Assembly (NCBI GenBank): GCA_963667785.2
Contig: CAXXMU010000001.1
Span: 128,001-192,000 of the forward strand
Length of the DNA stretch: 64,000 nt
Reading direction: 5' to 3'
DNA from: Alphaproteobacteria bacterium
GTDB lineage: Bacteria > Pseudomonadota > Alphaproteobacteria > UBA828
Positions 62,867 through 64,000 of the stretch are shown piece by piece. Position 1 is the stretch's first letter. Each line of letters opens with the position of its first letter. The translations under genes and the position numbers were made by a program. The notes under the pieces were generated by a model, which saw only the letters and a program-made list of their open reading frames with translations, did not search any database and was not told the DNA's origin.

Positions 62867-64000
62867 GACGCGCCTCCCGCCCTCGCCAGGCCGCGCTTGG
62901 CGCGGACCCGGTCCACCGCGTCGACGGCGGAGAGGATCACGCCGCGATCCTTCTCCTCCGCCATCAGCGTGCGGGCCTCGGCGGCGATGGCCGCGTCGTC
63001 CTCGTCGGCGCCCTGCGCCGGCGCGGGGCCGGCGGCGAGGCGCTCGTAGACGACGCGCTTGGGCAGCGCGGCGAAGAGCCGGTCGAGGATCGCCGTCGGC
63101 TTCTCCCGGACCTCGCCGTCGCCCTCAGGCGCAGCGAAGGTCACGGCGCCGTCGTCACCGTCGGGGAGGGAGGCGAGCAGCGCGGCGAGCGCCGGGCGCT
63201 CGGCCGGCAGGATGCGGCCCGCCTGGACGTGCGGCTCGAGCAGCTGCTCGGCGTCCTGGCGCACCGCGGCTGCGGCGGCCGACGCCTCGCGCGCGGCGAG
63301 CGCGGCCTCGCGCTCGTCGAGCGATGCGGCCCTCGCGGCGAGGGCGGCGTCGTCGGGGGGCTGTGCGCCCCCATTGTTGCCGGACAATGGATCCTCCTGT
63401 CCTCGGTTGTCTGGGTCGGTTTCTGGCTCGGGCATGGGTGGGGAGGCGAAGCCGGGGCCGTCCGCCCTGGCCGCCTCTGCCGCGGCTTCCGCCGCGCGGC
63501 TGATGCTCTCGACCTGCCAGTCGGGGATGACCTGGTCGGCGACCTCCAGGCTCTCCTTCTCGATCAGCCGGTCGCGCCAGGCGCGGGCGATGCTCGCCAT
63601 CGCGCGCCAGCCGGACTGCAGGTCCCAGAGCGTCTCGTCGGCGAACGCGACCACGGTGTCGGCGGGATCGGCGAAGCTGGTCGGCGCGAGGCCCGGCACG
63701 GCCGGGGCCACGCCGCCGAGGAATCCGAGATGGCGCAGCTCGTCGCCCTTCAGCGCGATCGAGCGGCCGCTGTAGCGGCCGGCCTCGACCGCCTCGCGGA
63801 AGGGCTGCGCGATGTCGCCCAGCTTCGCCTGGAGGCGGTCGCCGACGACGCGCAGGCGCTCGACCCTGGCGTAGGCCGGGGCGTCGATGGACGGGTGGCC
63901 CACCACGACGGGCGCCGGGTCCGCGTCGGCGTAGGCGCCGGCGATCCTGCCCAGGCGCGGGCCGTCGATCTCGACCTCGCGGCCTGACATGTCCCGCCAG
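62863..64000 (-). CDS. Prohead protease/scaffold (Mu gpI/gpZ-like); true start lies beyond the window
   Basis: APVVVGHP..APAY, GRYSGRS, LRHLGFLG..PAVPGL; frame open upstream (WRDMSG); coiled-coil C-terminal half. Confidence 0.88.
   Translation of the reverse strand, partial: WRDMSGREVEIDGPRLGRIAGAYADADPAPVVVGHPSIDAPAYARVERLRVVGDRLQAKLGDIAQPFREAVEAGRYSGRSIALKGDELRHLGFLGGVAPAVPGLAPTSFADPADTVVAFADETLWDLQSGWRAMASIARAWRDRLIEKESLEVADQVIPDWQVESISRAAEAAAEAARADGPGFASPPMPEPETDPDNRGQEDPLSGNNGGAQPPDDAALAARAASLDEREAALAAREASAAAAAVRQDAEQLLEPHVQAGRILPAERPALAALLASLPDGDDGAVTFAAPEGDGEVREKPTAILDRLFAALPKRVVYERLAAGPAPAQGADEDDAAIAAEARTLMAEEKDRGVILSAVDAVDRVRAKRGLARAGGAS

Larger units (their letters stand above)
46072..64000 (-). 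mobile_element. Mu-like transposable prophage (myovirus), late-gene half; continues past window end
   Basis: Contiguous minus-strand protease/scaffold, capsid, gp35-gp48-like and tail fibre genes, mostly in Mu order; TG terminus with 22-bp repeats. Confidence 0.92.

Noticed and set aside
1-64000. Many long alternative-frame and antisense ORFs (e.g. 4111-7887, 24379-28131, 37254-40796, 37766-40597, 54894-57158)
   Set aside because: Shadow ORFs expected at very high GC: Arg/Ala/Gly/Pro-rich and overlapping well-supported genes. Only the 3' parts of some are real genes and are listed with corrected starts.
1-64000. tRNA, rRNA or integrase-type att site
   Set aside because: None recognisable by eye; Mu-like phages integrate by transposition and need no tRNA att site.

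Overview
Very GC-rich alphaproteobacterial (probably Rhodospirillales-like) chromosome segment. Positions 1 to ~46,070 are host genes: argF/argD, acetolactate synthase, a BrnT-type toxin-antitoxin pair, MscS, ArsC, an HDAC-family protein, plsY-dprA-topA-rnr, a surface metalloprotease lipoprotein, a divergent LeuC/LeuD-like pair, mtnK, a TIGR04283/TIGR04282 pair, moaB, UDG, sarcosine oxidase soxBDAG, metY and an amidohydrolase/DUF59 pair. From ~46,072 to the window end lies the late (head and contractile-tail) half of a Mu-like transposable prophage on the minus strand, with a recognisable TG terminus and 22-bp transposase-site-like repeats. The most notable observations are: (1) a 75-aa protein with the Tad1/Acb2 helical-hairpin motif, a candidate immune-signal sponge, inside the head-neck operon; (2) a blunt Mu gp45 spike followed by a small ORF plus a T4 gp5.4-like PAAR gene; (3) a recently amplified 81-bp (27-aa) tandem repeat in the tape measure gene; (4) a LeuC/LeuD-like enzyme lacking the catalytic serine motif; (5) a leishmanolysin-like protease fused to a TbpB/Slam-type barrel; (6) a dispersed 28-bp intergenic repeat element. 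All family assignments come from recognising motifs by eye; no database searches were run.
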